Assembly (NCBI RefSeq): GCF_009914755.1
Contig: NC_060927.1
Reading direction: 5' to 3' (one strand)
Length of the DNA: 64,000 bases
DNA from: the human T2T-CHM13v2.0 reference genome, Homo sapiens
Below the pieces are notes generated by a model. The model was not told the DNA's origin. It searched no databases and saw nothing but the letters and a program-made list of their open reading frames with translations. How positions within the stretch are numbered: position 1 is the first letter of the stretch; each line of letters starts with the position of its first letter. This document shows positions 28,380-40,424 of this stretch, piece by piece. The position numbers were made by a program, and so were the translations under genes.

Positions 28380-30200
28380 CCGACTCGAGGCAGGAGTGGG
28401 ATGTCTTAGCATTCCGTCTCCCCCACCCCACCCATCTGCGTGGGACACAGTGACTCCTAGAAGGGTATCCCAGGATTTTAGCGGCCAGGTGTGAGCGCCC
28501 TCCACGCGGTCCTCCGAGACCTCAGGGCGCGTGGCAACTGGGCAGAAGCCGTCTCTGCAGCGCCGCTGCCCCGGGTGGAGCGGCAGCCCAGGCTGCAGCA
28601 GTGGGGTTGCCACGCCGAGTTTTCCGCATCGGCCGCCCGCAGGGCTCGCCTGCTTCTCCCCATTGTGTTCTCAGAGCTGTGGGACCCAGCCGCGCGCGCA
28701 GCCGCACCCGCGCCAACGCTGGAACCGAAGGCTCATGGAAGCGGGGCTGGCAAGATGGGGCAGGGAGAAGGAGCAAGAAGGGGCCCCAGAAGGGCACGGC
28801 GTTTCATCAATAATGCAGAGGCTCCTGGACCTCCCTGCAATACGTTTTCCAGCTAAACGCCACCAACTGGAGCGCTTCCTGGTTCGTCCCACTCGTGTGG
28901 TTTTTGTGTGTGAAAGATGGGACGCACCTTTTTCATTCATCTGTCTTCTCTCATTCTTCCTCCTTCCCTCCCTCATTTCCTCCCTCAAAGTCCCCGCTGG
29001 CTTAGCTTTAAGCTCTCGTCTTCACATCAGCACCATGTTTTCAAGCAAAATCCTGCAGGTTGGAAATGCAAGTGTCAAAAGTCCCCACTGCCTACATACC
29101 GCCAAGAGTTTACCAAAATCCACCTAGTAACGCTTATTTTCAAAGCCCCCACGCTCATCCATTCCTGGAGAATGCTTTCAAAGTTTGGAAGCTCCCTGCA
29201 GCCTGCCCGTGTCTATGCCTCAGTCAGCTCACATCACGAACAACGGTGCGGTCAGCGGCACTGAGATTAGGCTGCAAAGTTGCCCGGCCCCAGCCCACTA
29301 CACCGCTGATGCTCGCCGCATCCCTAGAGCAAATTCCGCTGTGTGCCCCCAAGAAGCCAAAAGCGGCACGAAACCTACTCCAACAAGGGTTAGCCCAGCC
29401 ACACACACAACAAACAAATTCCAAAACTTCTTTGTTAAGCAGCCGCAGCCTACCTGGAACGGACACTCTGCACAACTGGCAAGGAAGAAACAAACATCGC
29501 ATCCCTGCAGGAAAACTTGTTGAATCCCTCCCGATCGCAAGGCTGCAATTTCCGATTTAGCCTGAAGGTTTTTGATTCTACCCCAAAACACCCTGGCGCA
29601 TCAGCCACAATTTCTGGATAAACTGCAGAGTCCTCTCGGCAACCATTCTGCACTCCAACAACCACTAGTGTAAAACCCAGCGTGTCCCCTTTTACAAATC
29701 AAAAGCCAGCTGTCACTTCCTTTGCAACCATTTGCGAGACTTACCCTTCCATAAGACTGTTTTCAGCAATCTAGAGGCTCCGTAGTGCAGACGCAGCCCT
29801 GCAACTTTGCTGTGCACTGAGACCTTTCCGAGTTTAAACCAAGCGAAAGGTGACAGACTTTTAAACCTAAGAGTGGGGAAATAGGGAGAGAGTGAAGTCG
29901 GGTTTCTTCTCTGTATCAGCACCCTGGAAAAATTCAATCCTTCTTCAGTAGAGAATTCTTTCAAACCCGTTATCTGTATTACTATTAATGCGCAGAGCAG
30001 AAGGCATTGCATACAAATAGGTCCAAGTGTGCGCTTCTATTGGTGGCTGCGGAGGCCCCTGGGTCCTACTGCTCCGGTCTAAACTACACAGCAACACTAG
30101 GCACGCAGCTTTGGAGACGCCGAGGGGAAAATGGATTTAATTGATTCGTTACCTCTGGTATTGTAATGCCTGCTGCGATGTTTAACCGAGGGGGGAGGAA
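28380..30200. promoter_or_regulatory. CpG island, probable promoter
   Basis: Sharp rise in GC and CpG density (e.g. gccgcgcgcgcagccgcacccgcgcc at ~28690) in repeat-free sequence within an AT-rich, CpG-depleted window. Confidence 0.8.
29745..29840 (-). other. Candidate first exon of an unidentified minus-strand gene (5' end uncertain)
   Basis: Near-consensus donor AGG|GTAAGT (GT at 29744-29743); TTTAAAAG TATA-like element at ~29859-29866 and CCAAT at 30039-30043, both upstream on the minus strand. Confidence 0.35.
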
Positions 30201-32361
30201 AAAAAAAAAAAAACCCTTACATTTAACTCCTGTCATGTGATCTATCATTCCATAGCTGCTTTTAATTGTCTGTGTGGAGTGGCTTTGATCATACAAAGGA
30301 TTTTAAAAGAACATTTTCGAAGGAAAATTCACACAGACACTTTTGGCAGGAAAACCCTCTTTTGCTCTCTATTATGCATTATTCTCATATAAATCCAGGA
30401 AATTTTATATAATCAAATACTTCTGCACTTCACGTAGGTACACACAACACCCAATTGTATTTACAATTCATAGCTACTACAAATAAAATACCTTACATGG
30501 GTAGTAGATAGTAGAAGCTAAAATATGAGTCTACCAATTATAAAACACGGGTTATATTAGTCAAATGCTACAGAAAAAATTCCATCAATGACAATGGCGT
30601 CAGCATCATTTTTACTTCGCAAAATTAGAAATTCAAAAATATTTTCCTTGTAAATATTGACATAAAGATATAAATCAACATAAAGGTATTATAATGTCAC
30701 AGTATGTCAAGCATTTACTATTAATTGCTACATTCTCTTTTTACAGTTTCTCTCTTAGCAAGTTCATTAGTAATGCAAATTGGCATAACAAGGAGATTTA
30801 AAGTGAGGCCGACCTGTGGTGACTAGCAATTTGAAATATTGTAATAGTGTGCAAAATCACTTTAGTTCATCATCGGTAAAGCCAGTTATTTTAAGAATTA
30901 GAATATTAAATGCTGAATCTTAATATATATTAATTTGAAGTCTTAAACATGCTGTTTTCTTTGACCTTTAATTTTGTGGAGGAAAAGAGAAATCCTTATT
31001 TAAACTAAAATGACATAGACTTTCCACAAAATCCTAGATACGATATTTACTGATATTATAATTTAGGAAGTAACATAATTTTATTGTCTTTGATGTAAAT
31101 AATTGTGATAAATTCCAATTTAATTACAAAATTATTACATATATGTAATGTACAACTGAATGAACATTGTTGGAAAGGGCCACTCTGGATAAGGTTAACA
31201 TCAACCAACCTATAAATTCACTACCTATGTGTAAACTAAATAAATGAAAACACAATGCAAAAATACAACAGACTCGAGATCTTATTCCAAATACATGTAA
31301 AGCATTTGAATTTATGTAGTGTGTGCTACAATCCCTCTTCATTTCCGTAACTCTTTCCCTTTACAGCCCCTTCCCTTCCCCCAATCAGTAACCCTTGACA
31401 ACAGAAGTGTTAACTTCAAGTCCAGGTTGCCTTTGCTGCCTTCCAGACCTAACTTACAGATTGCATCCTTGTAGGAAACAGAGTTAACTCTTACACGACT
31501 GAGAGGTGAAAGAAGAGAGTTTCTTTCAGGGATTAGAAAATCCAGTATTTTTATGTGTATTTGCAAAGTTTGCACCAAACACATATTTTTAAAAATATCC
31601 ATGATCACTAATTCAGAGTGAAAAGATGTGATCATTGGCATTGTATCAGAGTCAATTTGCTGTATATCTCCCTTGCTATTGTGTCACTGAAATAGCTTTT
31701 GAATAACTTTTATTCAGGGTTACTTCAATCACTTTACTTCAGGTTAATAATTTCTCCATTTACAATAGAGTTAAAATGAAAATACCAAAGTGTTGCAATA
31801 TTCAGTATAAGGGTATAAAGGACTTTTTTTTAATCTGTAAAAGAAAAGAAAAGCTATTATTTCATATAGAAAGAAAAGCATAATGACCATGCAAAGTTGA
31901 ATAAAGATGACTGACATTCATCTTATTTCTAAAACAAGTAAATTATTGGTGTTTCAACTTCTTTCTACAAGGGGATCTGAAAAAAATCATTTGCAACCCA
32001 ACTACAAGTTGAAAGTTCTGCATTTAATGTGTATCATTTTAGAACTGAGAAAAGATGTGTTTTACACAAGCTGACAGATTTTATACAAAATCAATGCAGC
32101 TTATCTATGACCATAATTAAATGGGGAAGTTTGGTAGTGGACACATATAATAGTGAACAGAAGAAAATAAATAAACCAAAACTGACCTAATAACAAATTT
32201 ATTATATAATCTCTTGATAAGTTTTTACTTTCTATATAAAAGACTGATGTAAAAATATAGCAAGCTAAACAGAAACTTAAGTTTAACTTACTATTTTTTT
32301 AAAAAAGTTTTCTACATCTCTTCAATAAATTACTTGTTTATCCAAATTATTACCATATGAG

Positions 32362-32388
32362 ATATATATATATATATATATATATATA
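32362..32388. repeat. (TA)n microsatellite
   Basis: Directly visible. Confidence 0.9.
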
Positions 32389-33050
32389 ATAAATATATAG
32401 TTGTAAATGTTGCAAATATATTTTCCTTACTTCTTGGATACTAAGGCAAAACATATTTTAAAGAAGGATATTAGAACCACAATAGTTTTCATATATCCTA
32501 GATCTGTAGGAATATCCTTGATCTATTCTTTATTATTTGAAGTATTGTTGGACCCCTCATTTTGTCAGTGCAATTTTCAAGGACAATATATGCTATGTCA
32601 GAAACTGATATCCATTATGTCCTTGGATCATGATGACAATGCCTTATTGTGGTTACTGTGAACATCTATAAAAGTTGGAAAGCAAAACATACATGGCATA
32701 TCCCTGTCTGTCATTACTACAATCAGCTTCCTTTCTAAATTTAGGTGGGTAAACACGCAATAGCATGCCACTTGATAAAACTTAATGAAATATAATGACA
32801 TTCAGCTACTATCCAAGCTATTTAAAAAATTCTGCCTTGAGTAATTTTGAAATATGTATAGTTTAAAAAATTTCAAAGCCACAGGCATTGATCTATGTGT
32901 CTCTTTAAATAGAATATTTATCCATGCTTGATTTTGACAGATGAAAAGGAAAACTACCAGACATATAAATTATATTCTGAAAGCAGAAATATAAAGAATG
33001 TTAACAGCTAAACAGGCATCTTTAAAAGTGTAAATCAGTACTAAACAGCA

Positions 33051-33862
33051 ATATATATATACACACATATATATGTATATATACACATATATACACACAT
33101 ATATATGTATATATACACATATATACACACATATATGTATATATACACACATATATACACATATATGTACACACATATACACATATATGTACATACACAC
33201 ATATACACATATGTGTACATACACACATATACACATATGTACATACACACATATACACACATGTACATACACACATATACACGCATATATGTACATACAC
33301 ACATATATACGCATATATGTACATACACACATATATACGCATATATGTATATACACACATATACGCATATATGTATATACACACTTATATACACACATAT
33401 ACACATATATACACATATACACATATATACACACATATACACATGTATACACATATACGCATATATACACACGCATACACATATACGCATATATACACAT
33501 GCATACACATATACGCATATATACACATATATACACATATACGTATATAGTCACATGTATACACATACGTATATATACACATGTATACACATATACGTAA
33601 ATATACATATGTATACACATATACATATGTACACATATGTATACATGCACATATACACACATATGTATACATGCACATATACACACGTATACATGCAACA
33701 TATACACACATGTATACATGCACATATACACACATGTATACATGCACATATATACACATCTGTATATATGCACATATGCACATATATACACATCTGTATA
33801 TATACGCATGTATACACATCTGTACCTATACACATATATATGCACATATGTGTATATATATG
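33051..33862. repeat. Compound (TA/CA/TG)n alternating purine-pyrimidine low-complexity array
   Basis: ~810 bp almost entirely RY-alternating, with recurring units such as atatgtacatacacacatatacac. Confidence 0.95.
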
Positions 33863-34836
33863 TTGCAAGACACCACATCTAAATACATGGCTCAAAACTA
33901 ATCTGTATGAATTGCTAAAGTAGGTGAAGAAAGTACAGCTCAAGTGTTAAAAATATCTATATAAGATGATACGTTTGAGAAGAAAGATAGAACTTCAAAA
34001 AGGTCAATTAAACTTGACATTAAGTGGAAGGGATGAGAACTTCATGGCACAGTGATTTGGTTAAGATGATCACCATAAATGGAATGCTCATATTAAAATT
34101 CCAATAAAAATTTGCAAAGAAAGAGGCTAGAAGAGGATATTTTCTACTATTAACAAGATTATAAAGCAAACAAGATTATAAAGCAAACAAGATAAAAGTT
34201 GACAATAAAAGTGTGGAAGTAAAATACTTTGGCAAAACAACACAAACACGAAATAGGGTTGGCATCTACTATAGACTTTCCAGATTAGAGAAAATGTTAA
34301 TAGATAATTTTAAATTTGAACAGGAAGTTCTTAAGATTTCTACCTATTGTCCTAAGAAATCTGGGAATAAAAGCTCCACATACTTTTGTGAAAACAGACA
34401 AAAAATTTAAACCTATGTAAAATGTCAGATAAATTTTGAATTAGAGCAAATAAATGAATATAAATATACATATATACAATATTATGCCACCATTACTCCA
34501 CTAATTAAGAGCTGAACAACAATTTTCTGTATGTTATATGAAAGTTAATGGTCAGATTTCATGGTTTGCCCTTCAAAAGACACAACTGTTTACACTATTT
34601 AGAAGGAAATCTAACCAAACTTTAATGTATTTAAAGGCTATTCATTTGATCTCTTTTAAAGACTCCCAAAGACTTGCTTATAAAGCATAATAAGACAGAA
34701 ATAATTTTAAACTATATTTTTATTCGTATACCATAATTCTTAGGTAGCTAAATTTAATCATATTCCGTTATTTGCTTTTGTCCTGGACCAACTACAAAAG
34801 CTAACATTAAAGTTATGAATCACTTACTCATTCAGT

Positions 34837-35301
34837 TAAGGGAGGAGACCACCCCTCATATTGTCTTATGCCCAATGTCTGCCTCCAAAGAAAGAAGAAG
34901 TAAAAACTACAAAGGCAGAAATGAAATTCACAGGCAGACAGCCCAGCACTGAGCCCTGGGCCTGGTAGTTAAAAATCAACCCCTGACCTAACTGCTTGTG
35001 TTATCTATAGATTTCAGACATCGTATGGAAAAGCATCATTAAAATCCCTGTCCTGTTCTGTTCCATTCTGATTACTGGTGCATGCAGCCCACAGTCACGT
35101 ACCCCCTGCTTGCTCAATGGATCACGACCCTCTCACGTGGAACCCCTTAGAATTGTAAGCCCTTAAAAGGGACAGGAATTGCTCACTGGGGGAGCTAAGT
35201 TTTAGGAGACGTGAGCCTGCCGATGCTCCCAGCTGAATAAAGCCCTTTCCTTCTATAACTCAGTGTCTGAAGTGTTCTTGTCTGCGGCTTGTCCTGCTAC
35301 A
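34837..35301 (+). promoter_or_regulatory. 5' LTR (LTR2 family)
   Basis: TAAGGGAGGAGACCACCCCTCATATTGTC...GTCCTGCTACA; TTAAAA box at ~35163 and AATAAA at ~35236. Confidence 0.92.
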
Positions 35302-35303
35302 TT

Positions 35304-35342
35304 TCTTGGTTCCCTGACCTGTCTTGGTTCCCTGACCTGGAA
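35304..35342 (+). other. tRNA-Glu primer-binding site, tandemly duplicated
   Basis: TGGTTCCCTGACCTGGAA is complementary to the tRNA-Glu 3' end with one mismatch; the 18-mer TCTTGGTTCCCTGACCTG occurs twice. Confidence 0.9.
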
Positions 35343-35866
35343 GCGAGGTGATTAGCCGAAGGTTGAGGCAGCCCCTTAGGCAGCTTAGGCCTGCCCTGTG
35401 GAGCATCCCTGCAGGGGACTCCAGCCAGCTAGAGTGATGTGGATCCTGAGAGCGCTCCCTGGTAGGCAGTTGCCCCAGTGGAATGCCTCACCAGAACAGC
35501 TTGTGGCAGGCCCCCATGGAAGATCAATGCAGTGGCTGAACACCGGGAAGGAAGTGACACTTGGAGTCCAGACATCTGAAATTTGGTAAGACTGGTCTTT
35601 AGAACTAGCCCACTCCCCCTGAGTGGAAGCATGGCCTGATCACCCATGATGTGCCTGTACAGGCAGTTTGGATTTTGTTTTTGACTTGACTTGGATTGCT
35701 TGATACTTTGGTTTTGGTTTTGACCTGGCTTGGATTTCTTGATACTCTGATTTGGGTTTTGATTCTGGTTTGATGTAAACTGTAAAAGTGTGTGTGTGCC
35801 CTTTTTACCCATTCTTTGTTTTGTGTTGTGTGTGTGGTGTGAGCGTGGCGTTTGTCTCGAGGAACC

Positions 35867-37460
35867 ATGGGTCAGGCACAAAGTAAACCCACCTCATTAG
35901 GAACTATGTTGAAAAAATTCAAAAAGGGATTTAAGGGAGACTATGGAGTTACTATGACACCAGGAAAACTTAGAACTTTGTGTGAGATAGACTGGCCAGC
36001 ATTAGAGGTGGGTTGGCCATCAGAAGGAAGCCTGGACAGGTCCCTTGTCTTGAAGGTATGGCACAGAGTAACCTGTAAGCCAGGGCACCCAGATCAGTTC
36101 CCGTATATAGATTCTTTGTCACAGCTAGTTTTGGATCCCCCACAGCGGTTAAGAGGACAGAAGGCAGCAGTACTAGTAGCAAAGGGACAGTTAGTTAGGG
36201 AAGGTTCTCGCTCCACCCGCTGAGGGAAGTCAGCACCAAAAGTCCTGTCTGACCCAACAACAAAAGAATCATGGCAGGAATTGGTCCCAGCAGTGTCCCC
36301 TCCTTATCGAGAGGAAGAGCTCCCCACTCCTGAGCCCACAGCTCCTCCATCTCCACCAGATATCCACACTCCTAGACCACCCAGAGTAGACAAAAGAGGA
36401 AGTGAAGCCACAGGAGAAACTCCTCCCTTGGCAGCTCTCTTACGGCCCAAGACTGGAATCCAAATGCCCCTGAGAGAGCAGCAATATACTGGGGTAGAGG
36501 AGGATGGACACATGGTGGAAAGGCGTTCCTTTGTGTATCAACCTTTCACCTCTGCTGACCTCCTCAGTTGGAAAACTAATACTCCATCTTACACTGAAAA
36601 GCCTCAAGCTTTAATTGACTTGCTCCAAACTATTATACAGACTGATAATCCTACTTGGGCTGATTGCCACCAGCTGCTCATGTACCTCTTTAATACAGAT
36701 GAAAGGTGAAGGTTGCTTCAAGCGGCAACTAAGTGGCTAGAGGAGCACGTCCCAGCCAATTACCAAAATCCCCAAGAATATATAAGAATTCAGCTGCCGG
36801 GAACAGACCCCCCAATGGGACCCAAATGAGGGACCAGACATGGAGAGGCTAAGAAGGTACCATGAGGCATTGATATAAGGTCTAAAGAAAGGGGCTTAAA
36901 AGGCTACAAATGTAAATAAGATCTCTGAGGTCATCCAATGAAAAGAGGAGAGTCCAGCACAATTCTATGAAAGACTGTGTGAGGCTTACCATATGTACAC
37001 TCCTTTTGATCCAGATAGCCCTGAAAATCAGCACATGGCATTAGTTAGTCAAAGCACGGGAGATAGCAGGAGAAAATTGCAGAAACAGGCTGGGTTTGTG
37101 GGTATGAATAACTCGCAGTTACTGGAAATCAGCAATCAAGTGTTTGTGAATAGAGATGCAACAAGCAGCAGAGAAATCTGTAAGGAAGGCGAACACCAGG
37201 CCAGGCGAAACACCAACTTACTGGCTGCAGGCATTAGGGGAATTCCCCTGAAAGGACAGGGAAAAGGGGGTTCCGGGAAGAATACCCAGTCTAATAATTG
37301 CCCAAACTTGCAACGTAACCAATGCGCCTATTGTAAGGAAATAGGACATTGGAAAGATAGGTGTCCCCAACTGAAGGAAAAGGAAGGTAATTAGGAGCAA
37401 AAGACCTCAGATAAAGATGAGGGAGCTTTGTTCAATCTGGCTGAAGGTCTATTAGACTGA
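35867..37460 (+). pseudogene. gag: HERV-E gag remnant
   Basis: MGQAQSK myristoylation start, CEIDWP/WPSEGS matrix motifs, PPY late-domain-like motif, YQPFTSADLLSWK capsid start, CAYCKEIGHWKDRC zinc knuckle; several stops and frameshifts. Confidence 0.9.
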
Positions 37461-40400
37461 AGGGGACTAGGCTCAAGCGCCCCTGAGGAGCCCACAGTCA
37501 GGATTACAATTGGGGGCAAAGACATTAAGTTTTTGGTTGATACTGGTGCTGCACATTCAGTAGTGACCACCCCGGCCATCCCCTTATCCAAGAAAACCAT
37601 TGATATAATCAGAGTAACAGGGGTTTCCTGCTGCTTTCTTTCTACCACGGACCTGCTCAGTGGGGGGACATGAAATCATTCACCAGTTCTTGTACATGCC
37701 TGACTGTCCCTTGACTTTGCTGCGAAGAGACTTGCTTAGCAAGCTGAGAGCCACCATCTCCTTTACAAAACACGGATCTTTACAGCTAAAGTTACTGGGA
37801 ACATGAGTTATCATGGTCCCTATGGTCAGTCCCCTGGGAAGAAGAATGGAGACTTTTCTTAACTGAGCCAGGCCAAGAGATAAAACCAGCTCTAGCTAAG
37901 CAATGGTCCCGAGTATGGGCAGAGGATAATCCTCCAGGACTGGTGGTCAACCAAGCCCCCGTACTCGTAGAAGTTAAGCCTGGGGCCCAACCAATTAGAC
38001 AAAAGCAGTATCCGTTTCCCAGGGAAGCTCTCAAAGGAATCCAGTTTCATCTCAGGCACTTGAAAGCCTTTGGAATTATAGTTCCTTGCCAGTCTCCATG
38101 GAACACCCCCCTCCTGCCTGTCCCTAAGCCAGGGACAAAGGACTATCGGCCAGTACAGGACTTGCGCTTGGTCAACCAAGCTACAGTGACTCTGCACCCA
38201 ACAGTTCCTAACCCTTACACATTGTTAGGGCTGCTACCTGGCTCCTGAGAGCCAGAAGCTGTTTGCCTTTCAGTGGGAAGCTCCGGAGTCAGGTGTCACT
38301 TCTCAATATACTTGGACTCGGCTTCCCCAAGGGTTCAAGAACTCCCCTACTATCTTTGGGGAGGCCCTGGCTCGAGACCTGCAAAAGTTTCCTGCTAAAG
38401 ACCTAGGCTGCGTCTTACTCATGTACGTGGACGACCTTCTGCTGGGACACTCCATGGCAGCTGGGTGCGCCAAAGGGACGGATGCCTTGTTTCGGCACCT
38501 GCAGGACTGTGAGTATAAGGTGTCCAAGAAGAAAGCTCAGATCTGCAGACAGCAGGTATGCTACCTGGGATTCACTATTTGGAAAGGAGGGCACAGCCTG
38601 GGGTCAGAAAAAAAGCAGGTCATCTGCAGCCTACCAGAACCTAAAACCAGAAGGCAAGTAAGGGAATTCCTAGGAGCCGTGGGGTTTACAGATTATGGAT
38701 TCCAAACTTTGCAATACTAGCCAAACCTTTGTAGGGGGTGACCGGGAGCCTTCTGAATGGGGACCTTTACGACAGCAAGCCTTTTGTGAGTTAAAGGAAA
38801 AACTTATGTCGGCCCCAGCACTAGGACTACCAGATTTGGCAAAGCCCTTTACACTCTATACGTCAGAAAGAAAAAAAATGGCAGCTGGAGTTTTAACCCA
38901 GACTGTGGGGCCCTGGCTAAGGCCAGTGGCCTATCTCTCAAAACAACTAGATGGGGTTTCCAAAGGCTGGCCGCCATGTCTAAGGGCCCTGGCAGCAACG
39001 GCCCTGTTAGTACAAGAAGCAAATAAACTAACCCTTGGGCAAAACCTGAGTATAAAGGCCCCCCCATGCTATGGTAACTTTGATGAATACCAAAGGACAT
39101 CATTGGCTAACAAATGCTAGATTAACCAAGTACCAAAGCTTGCTATGTGAAAATCCCCCATAACCATTAAAGTCTGTAACACCCTAAATCCCGCCACCCT
39201 GCTCCCAGTATCAGAGAGCCCAGTCAAGCATAACTGTGTAGAGGTGTTAGACGCAGTTTATTCTAGCAGACCTGACCTTTGGGACCAGCCATGGGCAGCA
39301 GTAGACTGGGAGTTGTACATGGATAGGAGCAGTTTCATCAACCCACAAGGAGAAAGATGTGCAGGATATGCGATGGTAACTTTGGATGCTGTCACTGAAG
39401 CCAAACCGTTGCCACAGGGCACTTCAGCCCAGAAGGCTGAGCTCACTGCTTTAACTCAGGCTCTAGAATTCAGTGAAGCACAATGTGAGGCAAGGCCCCA
39501 CTGTTCTGCTCGGCATACAAGCTTATGGAGCGGCTCCTTTGAGGATCTTCAGGTGGATTTCACAAAAATGTTGAAATGTGGAGGTAACAAGTATTTGCTG
39601 GTTCTTGTGTGTACTTACTCTGGGTGGGTGGAGGCTTATCCAACATGAACTGAAAAGGCCTATGAAGTAACCCGTGTGCTTCTCCGAGATCTTATTCCTA
39701 GGTTTGAACTGCCCTTATGAATCGTCTCAGATAATGGGCCAGCGTTTGTGCCTGACTTGGTACAGAAGACAGCAAAGCCATTAGGAATCTCTTGGAATCT
39801 ACATGCTGCCTACCGACTTCAGAGATCCAGAAAGGTGGAGCAAATGAATCAGACTATCAAAAATAGTTTAGGGAAAGTATATCAGGAAACAGGAATAAAA
39901 TGGTACAGGCCCTTCCCATGGTATGGTTTAAAATTAGATGCAACCCTCCAAGAAAACAGGATGCTCCCCTTATGAAAAGCTGTATCATAGGCCTCCTTCT
40001 ATACTCTGGGAGCTTCCAGGCACTCCCCGAGAGTTAGGGGAAATTGAATTACAGTGACAGTTACAGGCTTTAGGAAAAATTACACAGACAATCTCAACTT
40101 GGGTAAATGAGAGGTGTCCCATCAACTTATTCTCCCCAGTTCACCCTTTCTCTCCAGGTGATCGCATGTGGATCAAGGACTGGAAGGTAGCCCCTTTGTG
40201 GCCATGGTGGAAAGGACCTCAGACCGTCATCCTGACTGCCCCCATGGCTGTAAACGTAGAAGGAATCCCAGCCTAGATCCACCACAGCCATGTGAAACCT
40301 GCAGCCGCTGAAACCTGGGAGGCAAAACTGAGCCTGGACAACCCCTGCAAGGTGACTCTGAGGAGGACGACAAGCCCTGCTCCAGTCACACCCGGAAGCT
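37461..40400 (+). pseudogene. pol: HERV-E pro-pol remnant with internal deletions
   Basis: LVDTGA protease motif ~37533, SPWNTPLLPV/YRPVQDLR, LPQG and YVDD (38424), RNase H start, integrase QVDF...GWVEAYPT; frameshifts and stops. Confidence 0.9.
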
Positions 40401-40424
40401 GACTGGTCTACGCAAGGCCGAAGC

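Noticed and set aside
28278-29665. Overlapping ORFs up to 198 aa in the CpG island
   Set aside because: Expected in GC-rich, stop-poor DNA; no recognisable domain.
30005-30018. ATTTGTATGCAATG on the minus strand resembling a compressed SOX-OCT motif
   Set aside because: Mismatches in both half-sites; cannot be separated from chance.
32970-33943. Many overlapping 100-300 aa ORFs rich in Y/I/H/T or C/V/M
   Set aside because: Artefacts of the RY-alternating repeat, which contains almost no stop codons.
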